DNA from: Felis catus
Taxonomy: Eukaryota
Direction of reading: 5' to 3'
Assembly: GCF_018350175.1 (NCBI RefSeq)
Contig: NC_058368.1
Coordinates: 224,194,001 to 224,258,000, forward strand
DNA length: 64,000 bases
In this document: piece by piece, positions 49,941 to 62,566 of the stretch
Layout: every line of letters starts with the position of its first letter
Numbering within the stretch: the stretch's first letter is position 1
The notes under the pieces: model-generated
What the model saw: the letters and a program-made list of their open reading frames with translations, nothing else
What the model was told of the DNA's origin: nothing
The model's database searches: none
Translations under genes and position numbers: made by a program

Positions 49941-52900
49941 CCAAAGATAAAGAAAGTAACTATATCATAATAAAAGGGTCTATCCCACAAGAACATCTAA
50001 CAATTATAAATTCTTATTTCCCCAAATTAGAAGCACCCAAGTATGTAAATCAATTAATAAAAATATAAAGAAACTCATTAATAACAATACAATAATAGTA
50101 GGGGACTTTAACACCCCACTTAAAGCAATGAACAGATCATCTAAGCAGAAAATCAACAAGGAAACAATGACTTTGAAAGACACACTGGACCAGGTGAACT
50201 TAAGACGTATTCAGGACATTTCCTCCTGAAGCAACAGAATACATATTCTTGTATGTGCACGGAACATTCTCCAGAGTAGATCACATATTGGGTCACAAAT
50301 CAGGCCTCAACAAGTACAAAGAATTGAGATCATACCAAGTATATTTCCAGATCACAATGCTATGAAACTTGAAGTCAACCACAAGAAAAAAATTGGAAAG
50401 TCCTCAAATACGTGGAGGTTAAAGAACATCCTACTAAAGAACGAATGTGTTAACCAGGACATTAAAGAATAAATTTTAAAAAAATACATGAAAGCAAATA
50501 AAAATGAAAACACAATAGTACAAAACCTCTGGGATGCAGCAAAGGCACTTCTAAGCATAAAATATATGGCAATACTGACCTATCTCAGGAAGCAAGAAAA
50601 GTCTTAATACACGCCCTAACCTTACAAAGGAGCTAGAAAAGAAATAACAGATAAAGCCTAAAGCCAGCAGAAGAAGACAAATAATAAAAATTAGAGCATA
50701 AATAAATGATATAGAAAGTTTAAAAAAAATCCAGTAGAACAGATCAACAAAACTAAGAGCTGATTCTTTGAAAGAATTGATAAAGTTGATAAACCCCTAG
50801 CCATACTTATCAAAAAGAAAAGAGGGAGGACCCAAATAAATAAAATCACTAATAAAAGAGGAGAGATCACAAGCAACATCACAGAAATGCAAATAATTAC
50901 AAGAGAAAATTATGAAAAATTATGTGCAAACAAACTGGGCAATCTGGAAGAAATGGATAAATTCCTAGAAACATAGAAACTACCAAAACTGAAACAGGGG
51001 GAAATAGAAAATTTGAACAAATCCATAAGCAGCAAAGAAATTAAATCAGTAATCAAAAGTCTCCCAGCAAACAGAAGGGCCAGATGACTTCTCAGGGGAA
51101 CTCTATTAGACATTTAAAGAAGCATTAATACCTATTCTCTTCAAACTATTCCAAAAAATAGAAATGGAAAGAAAGCTTCCAAACTCATTCTACAAGGTCA
51201 GTGTTACCTTGATTCCAAAACCAAAGATCCCACTAAAAAGGAGAATTACAGGTCAGTATTTCTGAAGAACATGGGTGCAAAAATTCTCAACAATATACTA
51301 GCAAATCAAATCCAATAGTACATTAAAAGAATTATTCACCACAATCAAGTGGGCTTCACGGGTGGTTCAATATTTGCAAATCAATCAACATGATACATCA
51401 TATTCATAAAAGAAAGGATGAGAACCATATGTTCCTCTTAATAGATGAAAAAAAAAAGCATTTGACAAAATACGGCATCCATTCTTGATAAAAACCCTCA
51501 ACGAAGTAGGGATAGAAGGAACACACCTCAACACCATAAGGCCATGTAAGAAAGACCCAGAGATAGTATCATCCTCAATGGGGAAAAATTGAGAGCTTTT
51601 CCTCTACACTGAGGAACAAGACAGGGATGTCCACTCTCCCCATTGTTATTTAACATAGCCAGACAACAAAAAGAAACAAAAGGCATACAAATCCACAAAA
51701 ACCAAGTCAAACTTTCACTATTTGCAAAGGACAAAATACTCTACATAAAGAACCTGAAATACTCCACCAAAAATTTACTAGAACTGACACACAAATTCAG
51801 CATAGTTGCAGGATATAAACTCAATGTACAGAAATCTGTTGCATTTCTATACACCAATAATGATACCTAGGAATGAATCTAACCAAAGAGGTAAAAGATC
51901 TATACTCTGAAAACAATAGAACACTTATGAGAGGTAATGAAGATGACACAAAGAAATGGTAAAACATTCCATGATCATGGATTAGAAAAACAAATATTGT
52001 TAAAATGTCTATACTACCCAAAGTAATCTACACATTTAATGTAACCCCTATCGAAATACCTCCAGCATTTTTCACAAAGCTAGAACAATTGTACAATTAA
52101 TATGGAACCACAAAGACCCTGAATAGCCAAAGCAGTCTTGAGAAAGAAAAGCAAAGTTGGATGAAGCATAATTCTGGACCTCATGCTATATTATAAAGTT
52201 ATAATCACCAAGACAGTATTGTACTGGCACAAAAACAGACACATAGATCAGTGGAACAGAATAGAAAACCCAGAAATGGACCCACAACTATATGATCAAC
52301 TAATCTTAAACAAAGCAAGAAAGAATATCCGATGGAAAAAAGACAGTCTCTTCAACAAATGGTGTTGGGAAAACTGAATGGCAACATGCAGAAGAATGAA
52401 ACTGGACCACTTTCTCACTCCATACACAGAAATAAAATCAAAACGAAATAAAGATCTAAATTTGACACAGGAAACCAACAAAATACTAAAGAAGATCACA
52501 AGCAACAACCTCTTTACTTGATCTGTCTCTGGAGGCAAGGGAAACAAAAGCACAAATGAAATATTGGACTACTTGAAAATAAAAAGCTTCTGCATGGTGA
52601 AGGAAACAATCAACTAAACTAAAAGACAGCCTACGGAATGGGAGAAGATATCTGCAAATGACATATCTGATAAAGAGTTAGTATCCAAAATCTATAAAGA
52701 AGTTATCAAACTCAACTCCCAAAAAATAAATAATCCAGTTAAGAAATGGGCAGAAGACATGAACAGACATCTTTCCAAAGAAGACATACACATGGCCAAC
52801 AGACACATGAAAAGATGCTCAACATGATTCCTCATCAGGGAAATGCAAATCAAAACCACAATGAGATACCACCTCACACCTGTCGGAATGGCTAAAATTA

Positions 52901-53211
52901 ACAAAACAAGAAACAACAGACGTGGGCAAGGATGCAGAGAGAGGGGATCTTTCTTCCACTGTTGGTGGGAATGCAAACTTGTGCAGCCATTCCAGAAAAC
53001 AGTTTGGAGGTTCCTCAAAAAGTTAAAATTAGAACTACCTTATGATTCAACAATTTTACTACTAGGTATTTATCTAAAGGATACAAACATATTGATTTGA
53101 AGGGGCACATGCACCCTGATGTTTATAGCACTATTATCAACTTTAGTCAACGTATGGAAAGAGTCCAAATAGCCATCAACTGATGAATGGATAAAGATGC
53201 GGTGTGTGTAT

Positions 53212-53269
<58 letters not shown>

Positions 53270-53570
53270 AAATTAATCATTCAGAGAAAGGCAATACCAT
53301 GTTATTTCACTCATATATGGAATTTAGAAACAAAACAGATAAACATAGGGGAAGGAAAAAAAGAAGAGATGGAAACAAACCATAAGAGGCCCAACTATGG
53401 AAGAAGGTCAGTGGGGGATGGTCTAAATGGGTGTTGGGTGTTAAGGAGGGCACTTGTGGTGATGAGCAGTGGGTGTTATGTGCAAGTAATGAATCACTAA
53501 ATTCTACACCTGATACCAATATACCATATGGTTTAACTAACTAGAATTTAAATAAAAACCTGAATTTTTT
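49941..53570 (+). mobile_element. 5'-truncated older carnivore LINE-1 (ORF2 from the endonuclease to the 3'UTR), inactivated
   Basis: Colinear with 57160-61100; YIIIKGSIPQEHLTIIN, mutated RT motif [11 protein letters not shown], many stops; ~60-bp deletion near 51863 and (TA)n at 53215-53263; 3' end CTAGAATTTAAATAAAAAC. Confidence 0.95.
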
Positions 53571-53574
53571 TTTT

Positions 53575-53767
53575 AAAAGTGAAGGACAGCTGTAGTAGAC
53601 CTATACTCATGAGTGGCCTTAAAGACAGTGGTGAGAGACAATCTACTCTATTAGCAGAACTGGGAGCAGTCACTTTGTGTATAAAGATATGGCCTGATAT
53701 TAACATATATACAGATTCATAGGTAGTGGAGAACAACCTGGCCAGTTGGTGCAGAACATGTGAGGCA
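53575..53767 (+). mobile_element. ERV-L internal (pol RNase H) remnant, left part
   Basis: Translates KDSGERQSTLLAELGAV..WPDINIYTDS*VVENNLASWCRT, matching ERV-L pol KDSGEGKSSQWAELRAV..WPDVRLYTDSWAVANGLAGWSGT. Confidence 0.8.
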
Positions 53768-54950
53768 GAGGGGAGGAGCCAAGATGGCAGAACAGCATGG
53801 AAGCTTTTTGTGTGTCTTGCGTCCATGAAATACACCCAGACCAACACTAAACCATCCTACACACCTAGAAAACCGATTGGGGGATTAACACAACAATCCA
53901 CACAACCTGAACCACAGAATTCAGCAGGCACACAACACGAAGAGCTGAACTTGGGGAGCAAGAAGCCCCAAAAGGTAGGCAACCCCTTTTGTGGGCAGAG
54001 AGGACGGAGACTGGGGGGGGGGGGAGCGTACGGGAAAACCACCTCTCCCCAAAAGCAGCTGGAGAGAAAGTGGAAAACTGGAAACAGCCGCAGGGACTAA
54101 ACTAAAAAGGGAGAAAGGAGAGGGTTAAAATTCCATTAAGACTGTAAACAAAGGGAGTGCAAAGGCTGCAACTCCACAACTCCATACCTGGCGGTGCTCT
54201 GGTGGGAAAGGCGAATCCCCAGGAGTAGAGAGGGGTCCGGGAGGGTCTCGGGCCACACGGGGAAAAGCGGTTCCCCTGCTGGAAGGACATTTGGTAGAGA
54301 CTGTTGAAGCCACCAGGTCCCGGCAGACCCCGGAAGGCGGCCACATTCTCTGGTGCTGGGGGAAGGTTGCCGAGGGTGAAGCCTGGTGCCAGATGTGTGT
54401 TGCGATTTTCCGTGGTCCCTGAAACGCTGAGGCTACACTGTCTCGTGAATTTTTGGAGGGCGGGCTGGCACCTGGCCACAGTCTCGGGGCACCGGCAACA
54501 GCAGGGTCCGGCAGGCGTTCCTGGGTGCAGCTGACATGCGGCCACTGCTCATTTGGCCATTGCTCAGTGAGTCCCTCCTGCGGAGGCGCGGAGCGGGTCA
54601 AAGCCTCAGTCCTTCCGAAGTAAGGGGCAGGGGAAAACAGCCACGTCTGGGACAAAACTTGGGAGAGAGGTACTGCCTGGGGCCTGGTCACAGAGAATGG
54701 AAAAGCAGGGAGTGGACGAGAGCTGAAAACGGAGGACCGGTGCGCGATTGCTGATCCCAAAGAACAGACTGTGTGGCTGGGTGGAGCCATTTTTCACCAT
54801 TCCCGCGCATGTGCACCGATGAGCACCGCAAGAATCCACCCCAGTAGGCTAGCAGCGCCATCTAGTGGAGAGTGGAGCTGTTACACCGAGCCCTGCCCAA
54901 CTGGGCCAACTTCTCTCTTCAAGAACACAAACTTCACCCCAGGCTTAATT
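53768..54950 (+). promoter_or_regulatory. L1 5'UTR internal Pol II promoter region (YY1-like motif, CpG-rich)
   Basis: CAAGATGGC at 53780-53788 near the 5' end; the most GC/CpG-rich stretch of the window. Confidence 0.65.
54853..54868 (-). promoter_or_regulatory. Candidate CTCF motif within L1 5'UTR
   Basis: Minus strand CCACTAGATGGCGCTG matches the CTCF core CC(A/G)(C/G)(C/T)AG(A/G)(G/T)GGC(A/G)(C/G). Confidence 0.55.
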
Positions 54951-55049
54951 GCTTAATTATGGACTATAAAGAGCTACATGGACTGACCTCTAGGGGAAAA
55001 CGAAGCAATTTCAGTCCTACTTCAGTCAGCAGGTTCATCTGTTCAATTT

Positions 55050-55710
55050 TTTTCTCTTTTTCCTTTTTTTCTTTTATAATTCTTTTTCTTGAATACAGGA
55101 AGAGAAAAAACTCATTTTTATTTTTGATTTTTATTAAAAATATCTGTCTTTAATTTTTATTACTATATTTTTTACTTTTGTGTATTTTTTTTTCAATTTC
55201 TACTTTACTTCCATCATTTTATTTTAGTCTACTTCAGTGTACTCACCTTTTAAATTTTCAAACAATTCCCTGTTTTTTCTTTCTTTTTCTTTTTTTCTCT
55301 TTTTAATTTCTTTTCTTTGAATGCAGAAAGAGAAAAAAACTCATTTTTACTTTCAATTTCTTTTAAAATATTTTTATTTAATTTTTATTACTATATTTTT
55401 TGCTTTTATGTAAATCTTTTCAAAATCTTACTCCCGTCATTTTATTTTCATCTACTACAGTAGACTTTTTCAAATTTTCAAACGTTTTCTTTTTTTGCCT
55501 TTTCTTTTTTCTTTTTTATCTTTTTTTCTCGTTTTCATTTATTTTCTTTTTTCTTAAATACAGAAAATGAAAAAAATTCATATTTCTTTTTAATTTTTAT
55601 TAAAAATATGTTTCTATTATTTTTTCTACTATATTCTCTCCTTTTGTGTATTTTAGTCTATTTTAGTGTATTCATTTTTTCAAAATCTCAAATGATTTCC
55701 TTTTTGTCGT
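55050..55710 (+). repeat. Three degenerate ~230-bp T-rich tandem units in L1 5'UTR
   Basis: TTCTT(T)(G/A)AAT(A/G)CAG(G/A)AA...AAAAAA(C/T)TCAT(T/A)TTT recurs at ~55086, ~55313 and ~55551, each followed by TACTATATT and TCTAC/TCTAT..AGT..TTTTCAAA-like segments. Confidence 0.8.
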
Positions 55711-55867
55711 TTGTTTGTTTCTCTAATATGCCAAACCACTTTCTACACCCAGACCAAAACACACCTAGGATCTAGCATCATCTATTCGATTTGTGTGTGT
55801 GTATGTGTTTAATTTTTATTTTAATTTTTTTAAAATCTACCTCATTAATTCCTTTTCTCCCTTCAAA

Positions 55868-56738
55868 ATGACAAAACGAAGGAATCCACCCCAAAATAAA
55901 GAGCACAAAGAAACGACAGCCAGGGATTTAACCAACACAGATACAAGCAAGATGTCTCAACCAGAATTTAGAATCAGGATAATAAGAATACTAGCTGGAG
56001 TCAAAAATAGATTAGAATCCCTTTCTACATACATAAAATAAGTAATAAGTAGCCAGAATGAAATTAAAAATGATATAACTGAGTTGCAATCATGGACGGA
56101 TGCAGCGGCGGCAAAGATGGATGAGGCAGAACGGAGAATCAGCGATATAGAGGACAAACTTAACAAAGCAAAAAAAAGAGGGAGACGAAGGCAAAGGAGC
56201 ACAATTTAAGAATTAGAGAAATCAGTGACTCATTAAAAAGGAACAATATCAGAATCATAGGGGTCCCAGAGGAGGAAGAGAGAGAAATAGGGGTAGAAGG
56301 GTTATGTGAGCAAATCATAGCAGAAAACTTTCCTAACCTGGGGAAAGACACAGACATCAAAATCCAGGAAGCACAGAGGACTCCCATTAGATTCAACAAA
56401 AAATGACCATCAAGAAGGCATATCATAGTCAATTCACAAAATACTCAGGCAAGGAGAGAATCATGAAAATAGCAAAGGAAAAAAAGTCCCTAACCCACAA
56501 GGGAAGACAGATCAGGTTTGCCACAGACCTATCCACAGAAACTTGGCAGGCCAGAAAAGAGTGGTGGGATATATTCAATGTGCTGAATCAGAGAAACATA
56601 CAGCCAAGAATTCTTTATCAAGCAAGGCTGTCATTCAAAATAGAAGGAGAGATAAAAAGTTTCCCACACAAACAAAAATTAAAGGAGTTTGTGACCACTA
56701 AACCAGCCTAGCAAGAAATTTTAAGGGGGACTCTCTGA
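55868..56738 (+). pseudogene. LINE-1 ORF1p (disrupted)
   Basis: MTKRRNPPQNKE..MSQPEFRIRIIRILAG; NNIRIIGVPEEEE..IAENFPNLGK; IRFATDLSTETWQARKEW..QPRILYQARLSFKIEGEIKSF; stops and frameshifts. Confidence 0.9.
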
Positions 56739-56756
56739 AGGGAGAAAAAAAAAAAA

Positions 56757-56791
<35 letters not shown>

Positions 56792-56873
56792 TGTATACAA
56801 TAATACCAAAAGCAACAAAAGATTAGAAAGGACCAGAGAACACCACGGGAACTCCAACTCTACAAGCATCATA

Positions 56874-59800
56874 ATAGCAATAAATTCATAGCTTTCAGTA
56901 CTCACTCTAAATGTCAATGGACTCAATGCTCCAATCAAAAGACATAGGATGGATAAGAAAACAGAATGGATAAGAAAACAAGACACATCTATATGCTGTT
57001 TACAAGACACCCACTTTAGACCTAAAGACACCTACAGATTGAAAATAAGAGGATGCAGAACCATCTATCATGCAAATGGTCAACAAAAGAAAGCTGGAGT
57101 AGCCATACATATATCAGACAATCTAGACTTAAAAATAAAGACTGTATCAAGAGATTCAGAAGGGCATTATATCATAATCAAGGGGTCTATAGACCAAGAA
57201 CACCTAACAATTGTAAACATGTATGCATCAAATGTGAGAGCACCCAAATATAGAAATCAATTAATCACAGACATAAACCTATTGATAGTAATACCATAAT
57301 AGTAGGAGATTTCAACACCCCACTCACAGCAATGGACAGACCATCTAATAAAAAAATCAACAAGGAAACAATGGCTTTGAATTACACATTGGACCAGATA
57401 GACTTAACAGATATATTCAGAACATTTCATCCTAAAGCAGGAGAATATACATTCTTCTCCAGTGCACATGGAACGTTCTCCAGAATAGACCATATACTGG
57501 GACACAAATCAGCCCTAAGTACGTACAAAAAGATCAAGATCATACCATGCATATTTTCAGACCACAGTGCTATGAAATTCGAAATCAACCATAAGAAAAA
57601 AATTGGAAAGGTAACAAATACTTGGAGACTGAATAACATCCTACTAAAGAATGAATGGGCTAACCAACCAGCTAAAGAAGAAATTAAAAAGTATATGTAA
57701 GTCAATGAAAATGATAGCACCATAACCCAAAACCTCTGGGATGCAGCAAAGGCGGTCATAAGAGGAAAGTACATAGCAATCCAGGCCTTCCTAAAGAAGG
57801 AAGAAAGATCTTAGATACACAACCTAACCTTACGCCTTAAGGAGCTGGAAAAAGCACAGCAAATAAAAACCCAAACCAGCAGAATACAGGAAATGAGAAA
57901 GATTAGAGCAGAAATTAATGCTATTGGAACCAAAAAAATAATGGAACAAATCAATTAAATCAGAATCTGGTTCTTCGAAAGAATTAACAAAATTGATAAA
58001 CCACTAGCCAGTTTGATCAAGAAGATAAAGGAAAGGGCCCAAGTAAGTAAAATCAAGAATGCAAGAAGAGAAATCACAACCAACACAACAGAAATAAAAA
58101 CAATAATAAGAGAATATTATGAGCAATTATATGCCAATAAAATGGGCAATCTGGAAGAAATGGACAAATTCCTAGAAACATATACACTACCAAAACTGAA
58201 ACAGGAAGAAATAGAAAATTTGAACAGACCCATAACCAGTAAGGAAATCGAATTAGTAATCAAAAATCTGCCAAAAAACAAGAGTCCAGGGCCCGATGGC
58301 TTTCCAGGGGGAACTACCAAACATTTAAGGAAGAGTTAACACCTATTCTCTTGAAGCTGTTCCAAAAAATAGAAATGGAAGGAAAATTCCAAACTCTTTC
58401 TATGAAGCCAGCATTACCCTGATTCCAAAACCAGACAGAGACCCCACTAAAAAGGAGAACTATAGACCAATTTCCCTGATGAACATGGATGCAAAAATCC
58501 TCAACAAGATATTAGCCAACCGGATCCAACAATACATTAAAAAAATATTCATCATGACCAAGTGGGATTTATACCTGGGATGCTGGGCTGGTTCAATATC
58601 CACAAAACAATTAGCGTGATTCATCATATCAATAAAAGAAAGGACAGGGGCGCCTGGGTGGCGCAGTCAGTTAAGCGTCCGACTTCAGCCAGGTCACGAT
58701 CTCGCGGTCCATGGGTTCGAGCCCCGCGTCAGGCTCTGGGCTGATGGCTCAGAGCCTGGAGCCTGTTTCCGATTCTGTGTCTCCCTCTCTCTCTGCCCCT
58801 CCCCCGTTCATGCTCTGTCTCTCTGTGTCCCACAAATAATTAAACGTTGAAAAAAAATTTTTTTAATAAATAAATAAATAAAAGAAAGGACAAGAACCAT
58901 ATGATCCTCTCAATAGATGCAGAGAAAGCATTTGACAAAATACAGCATCCTTTCTTGATAAAAACCCTCAAGAAAATAGGGATAGAAGTATCATACCTCG
59001 AGATGATAAAAGCCATATATGAGCGACCCAAGGTTAATATCATCTTCAGTGGGGAATAACCTGAGAACTTTCCCCCTAAGGTCAGGAACTAGACAGGGGT
59101 TTCCACTCTCACCACTGTTATTCAACATAGTTTTGGAAGTCTTAGCCTCTGCAATCAGACAACACAAAGAAATAAAAGGCATCCAAATCAGCCAGGAGGA
59201 GGTCAAACTTTCACTCTTCACAGATGACATGATACTCTATATGGAAAACCAAAAAGATTCCACCAAAAAACTGCTAGAACTAATTCATGAATTCAGCAAA
59301 GTGGCAGGATATAAAAATCAATGCACAGAAATCGGTTGCATTCCTATACACCAACAATGAAGTGACAGAAAGAGAAATCAAGGAATCAATCCCATTTACA
59401 GTTGCACCAAAAACCATAAAATACCTAGGAATAAATCTAACTAAAGAGGTGAAAAATCTATACACTGAACACTATAGAAAGTTTATGAAAGAAATTGAAG
59501 AAGACACAAAGAAATGGAAAAAGATTCCAAGCTCCTGGATAGAAAGAACAAATATTGTTAAAATGTCGATATTACCCAAAGCAATCAACATATTCAACGC
59601 AATCCCTATCAAAATAACACCAGCATTCTTCACAGAGCTAGAACAAATAATCCTAACATTTGTATGGAACCAGAAAAGACCCTGAATAGCCAAAGCAATC
59701 TTGAAAAAGAAAAACAAAGCATGAAGCATCCCAATCCCAGACTTCAAGCTATACTACAAAGTTGTAATCATCAAGACGGTATGGTACTGGCACAAGAACA

Positions 59801-60928
59801 GACACTCAGATCAACGGAATAGAATAGAGAACCCAGAAATGGACCCACAAACATATGGGCAACTAATCTTTCACAAAGCAGGAAAGAATATCCAATGGAA
59901 CAAAGACAGTCTCCTCAGCAAGTGGTGCTGGGAAAACTGGACAGCGACATGCAGAAGAATGAACCTGGACCACTTTCTTACACCATACACAAAAATAAAC
60001 TCAAAGTCGATGAAAGACCTCAATGTAAGACAGGAAGCCATCAAAATCCTCGAGGAGAAAGCAGGCAGAAACCTCTTTAATCTTGCCCGAAGCAATTTCC
60101 AACTCAGCACTTCTCCGGAGGCAAGGAAAACAAAAGCATAAATGAACTACTGGGACTTCATGAAAATAAAAAGCTTCTGCACAGCAAAGGAAACAATCAG
60201 TAAAACTAAAAGGCAACTGACAGAATGGGAGAAGATATTTGCAAATGACATATCAGATAAAGGGTTAGTATCCAAAATCTACAAAGAACTTATCAAACTC
60301 AACACCCAAAAAACAAATAATCCAGTGCAAAAGACATGAGTAGACACTTCTCCAAAGAAGACATCCAGATGGCCAACAAACACATGAAAAGATGCTCAAC
60401 ATCACTCGTCATCAGGGAAATACAAATCAAAACCACAATGAGATACCACCTTACACCTGTCAGAATGGCTAACATTAACAACTCAGACAACAACAGATGT
60501 TGGCGAGGATGCGGACAAAGAGAATCTCTTTTGACTTGTTGGTGGGCATGCAAGCTGGTGCAGCCACTCTGGAAAACAGTATGGAGGTTGCTCAAAAAAC
60601 TAAAATTAGAACTACCCTACAACCCAGCAATTGCACTACTAGGCATTTATCCAAGTGATACAGGTGTGCTGTTTCGAAGGGACACATGCACTCCCATGTT
60701 TATAGCAGCACTATCAACAATAGTCAAATTATGGAAAGAGCCCATATGTCCATCGATGGATGAATGGATAAAGAAATTGTATATATATATACAATGGAGT
60801 ATTACTCGACAATCAAAAAGAATGAAATCTTGCTATTTGCAACTACATGGATGGAACTGGAGGGTATTATGCTAAGTGAAATTAGTCAATCAGAGAAAGA
60901 CAAAAATCATATGACTCCACTCATATGA
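56874..60928 (+). pseudogene. LINE-1 ORF2p (endonuclease/reverse transcriptase; disrupted, SINE inserted)
   Basis: [65 protein letters not shown] (59217-59228), KYLGINL, RCWRGC..LTCWWAC; multiple stops and frameshifts. Confidence 0.93.
58647..58876 (+). mobile_element. Can-SINE (young) inserted in L1 ORF2
   Basis: Perfect 16-bp TSD AATAAAAGAAAGGACA at 58631-58646 and 58877-58892. Confidence 0.97.
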
Positions 60929-61189
60929 GGACTTTAAGAGACAAAACAGATGAACATAAAGGAAGGGAAACAAAAAGAATATAAAAACAGGGAGGGGGAC
61001 AAAACAAAAGAGACTCATAAATATGGAGAACAAACTGAGTGTTGCTGGAGGGGTTGTGGGAGGGGGGATGGGCTAAATGGGTAAGGGGCATTAAGGAATC
61101 TACTCCTGAAATCATTGCTTCACTATATACTAACTAATTTGGATGTAAATTTTAAAGAATAAAAAATAAATTTAAATTATAAAAAAAAT

Positions 61190-61692
61190 AACATGTGAGG
61201 CATAAAACTGAAAGATAGGGAACAAAGGTAATATGAGTTAGAGGCATATGGATAAATATGAGGGAGTGGGGAAAAAAAAGTCTGAAGATCTCTGCATCAC
61301 ATGTTAACATCCCCAGAGAGAACCACAAGGCAGAGATTCCAAAAATAAATAAATCAAGTGAATAAATTGTCCTGTCCAGTTATATCAGCCAGCCCAGTGC
61401 TGGCACATTGGACTGATGAACGTGGTTGCAAATATGAAGGCTAGATAAGGGCTCCAAAACTCTGATGCTCAGTTATGAAGGATGATGGAAGTTCTACCAT
61501 TTTTAGTGGTTCATTCTGCCAATGATCAAGTCAGAAACAGTCCACAAGATGCAGACATTTCTCTACTAGATAAACTGCCCATTTGATGCTGAGTTAACTA
61601 AATTGGGTTACTTCCAGTGTAGAAGGGCCAGCAGTTTATTTATAATGTTCGACATACATCCTTGGTATGATGTTACCATTCTTACCTGCAGG
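61190..61692 (+). mobile_element. ERV-L internal (pol RNase H/integrase) remnant, right part
   Basis: Continues N*KIGNK..RGIWINMREW, and later DKLPI*C*VN*IGLLPV*KGQQF, matching ERV-L DWKIGDKEIWGRGMWMDLSEW and DQPATWWQVDYIGPLPSWKGQRF. Confidence 0.75.
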
Positions 61693-62311
61693 TAATAAAA
61701 TTTAAAGATAATTTTCACCAGAACAATGAGGTTTCATGGAAGCCACGAGAGGCTAGCTAATATTTACATGGTTGTGTTTAACTCTCTCATTTTGTATTTG
61801 CTTTCTACTTATCCCTCCCTTTGAGTTCTATTCTTCTGTAGAAGATAAATTCCTTCTCATAATATAATTTTCCACGGATTAAAGAAGTCTTGGTCTCTTA
61901 AATTCCATGAAAGTGTTGTCATTTTTTGAAAGTTAATTTAGATTGTATTAGTTTTCTGAGATTTTTTAAACTGTAATTTTTAGCCTACTCCATGCATATA
62001 TTTTGGCTGTTCAAATGAGAGCAATGGTCCCTTGTGAATTTTCTATCTTTGAACCAGAAATGGAACTGACATATGCTTACTGAACTACTAAGAATGCAAG
62101 TACCCCAACCAGATGCACTTTGTATAACAGATAATCTTCTTAAAACTTATCTTGTTGATAAGACCAATTGATACATGCCATTATTGTATTTTTATTGATA
62201 ATGGTTTATAATCTATGTTAATAGTTCAATATTTTTTAAAGCTGAAGTCAGTTGTGGAAAGAGACAACTTAATGAATGATTCATTTCCATCTTAAGAATT
62301 ATACACTGTTA

Positions 62312-62491
62312 GGAGCACCTGGGTGACACAGTTGGTTAAGCAACCAATTCTTGGTTTTGGCCCAGGTCATGATCTCATGGTTCATGAGTTTGAGCCCTAC
62401 ATCAGGTTCTGCGCTGACAGCATGGATTCTCCTTGGGATTTTCTCTCTCCCCCTCTTTCTGCCTCCCCCACCCCACTCAATTTCCACTTTC

Positions 62492-62536
<45 letters not shown>

Positions 62537-62566
62537 AAATAAATACATAAGTAAACTTAAAAAATA
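62312..62566 (+). mobile_element. Can-SINE (older type)
   Basis: TSD TATACACTGTTA at 62300-62311 and 62567-62578. Confidence 0.93.

Larger units (their letters stand above)
53768..61189 (+). mobile_element. Full-length feline LINE-1 (L1_Fc-like), inactivated
   Basis: 5' GGGGAGGAGCCAAGATGGC, GC-rich 5'UTR, ORF1, ORF2, 3'UTR, A-rich tail; perfect 13-bp TSD AACATGTGAGGCA at 53755-53767 and 61190-61202. Confidence 0.97.

Noticed and set aside
53768..61189. Possibility that the full-length L1 is active
   Set aside because: Stops and frameshifts in both ORFs, ORF2 start apparently mutated, and a SINE inserted in the RT region
666..62542. Many similar short ORFs (e.g. [36 protein letters not shown]) that look like a protein family
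   Set aside because: All coincide with Can-SINE copies; they are translations of the repeat, not genes
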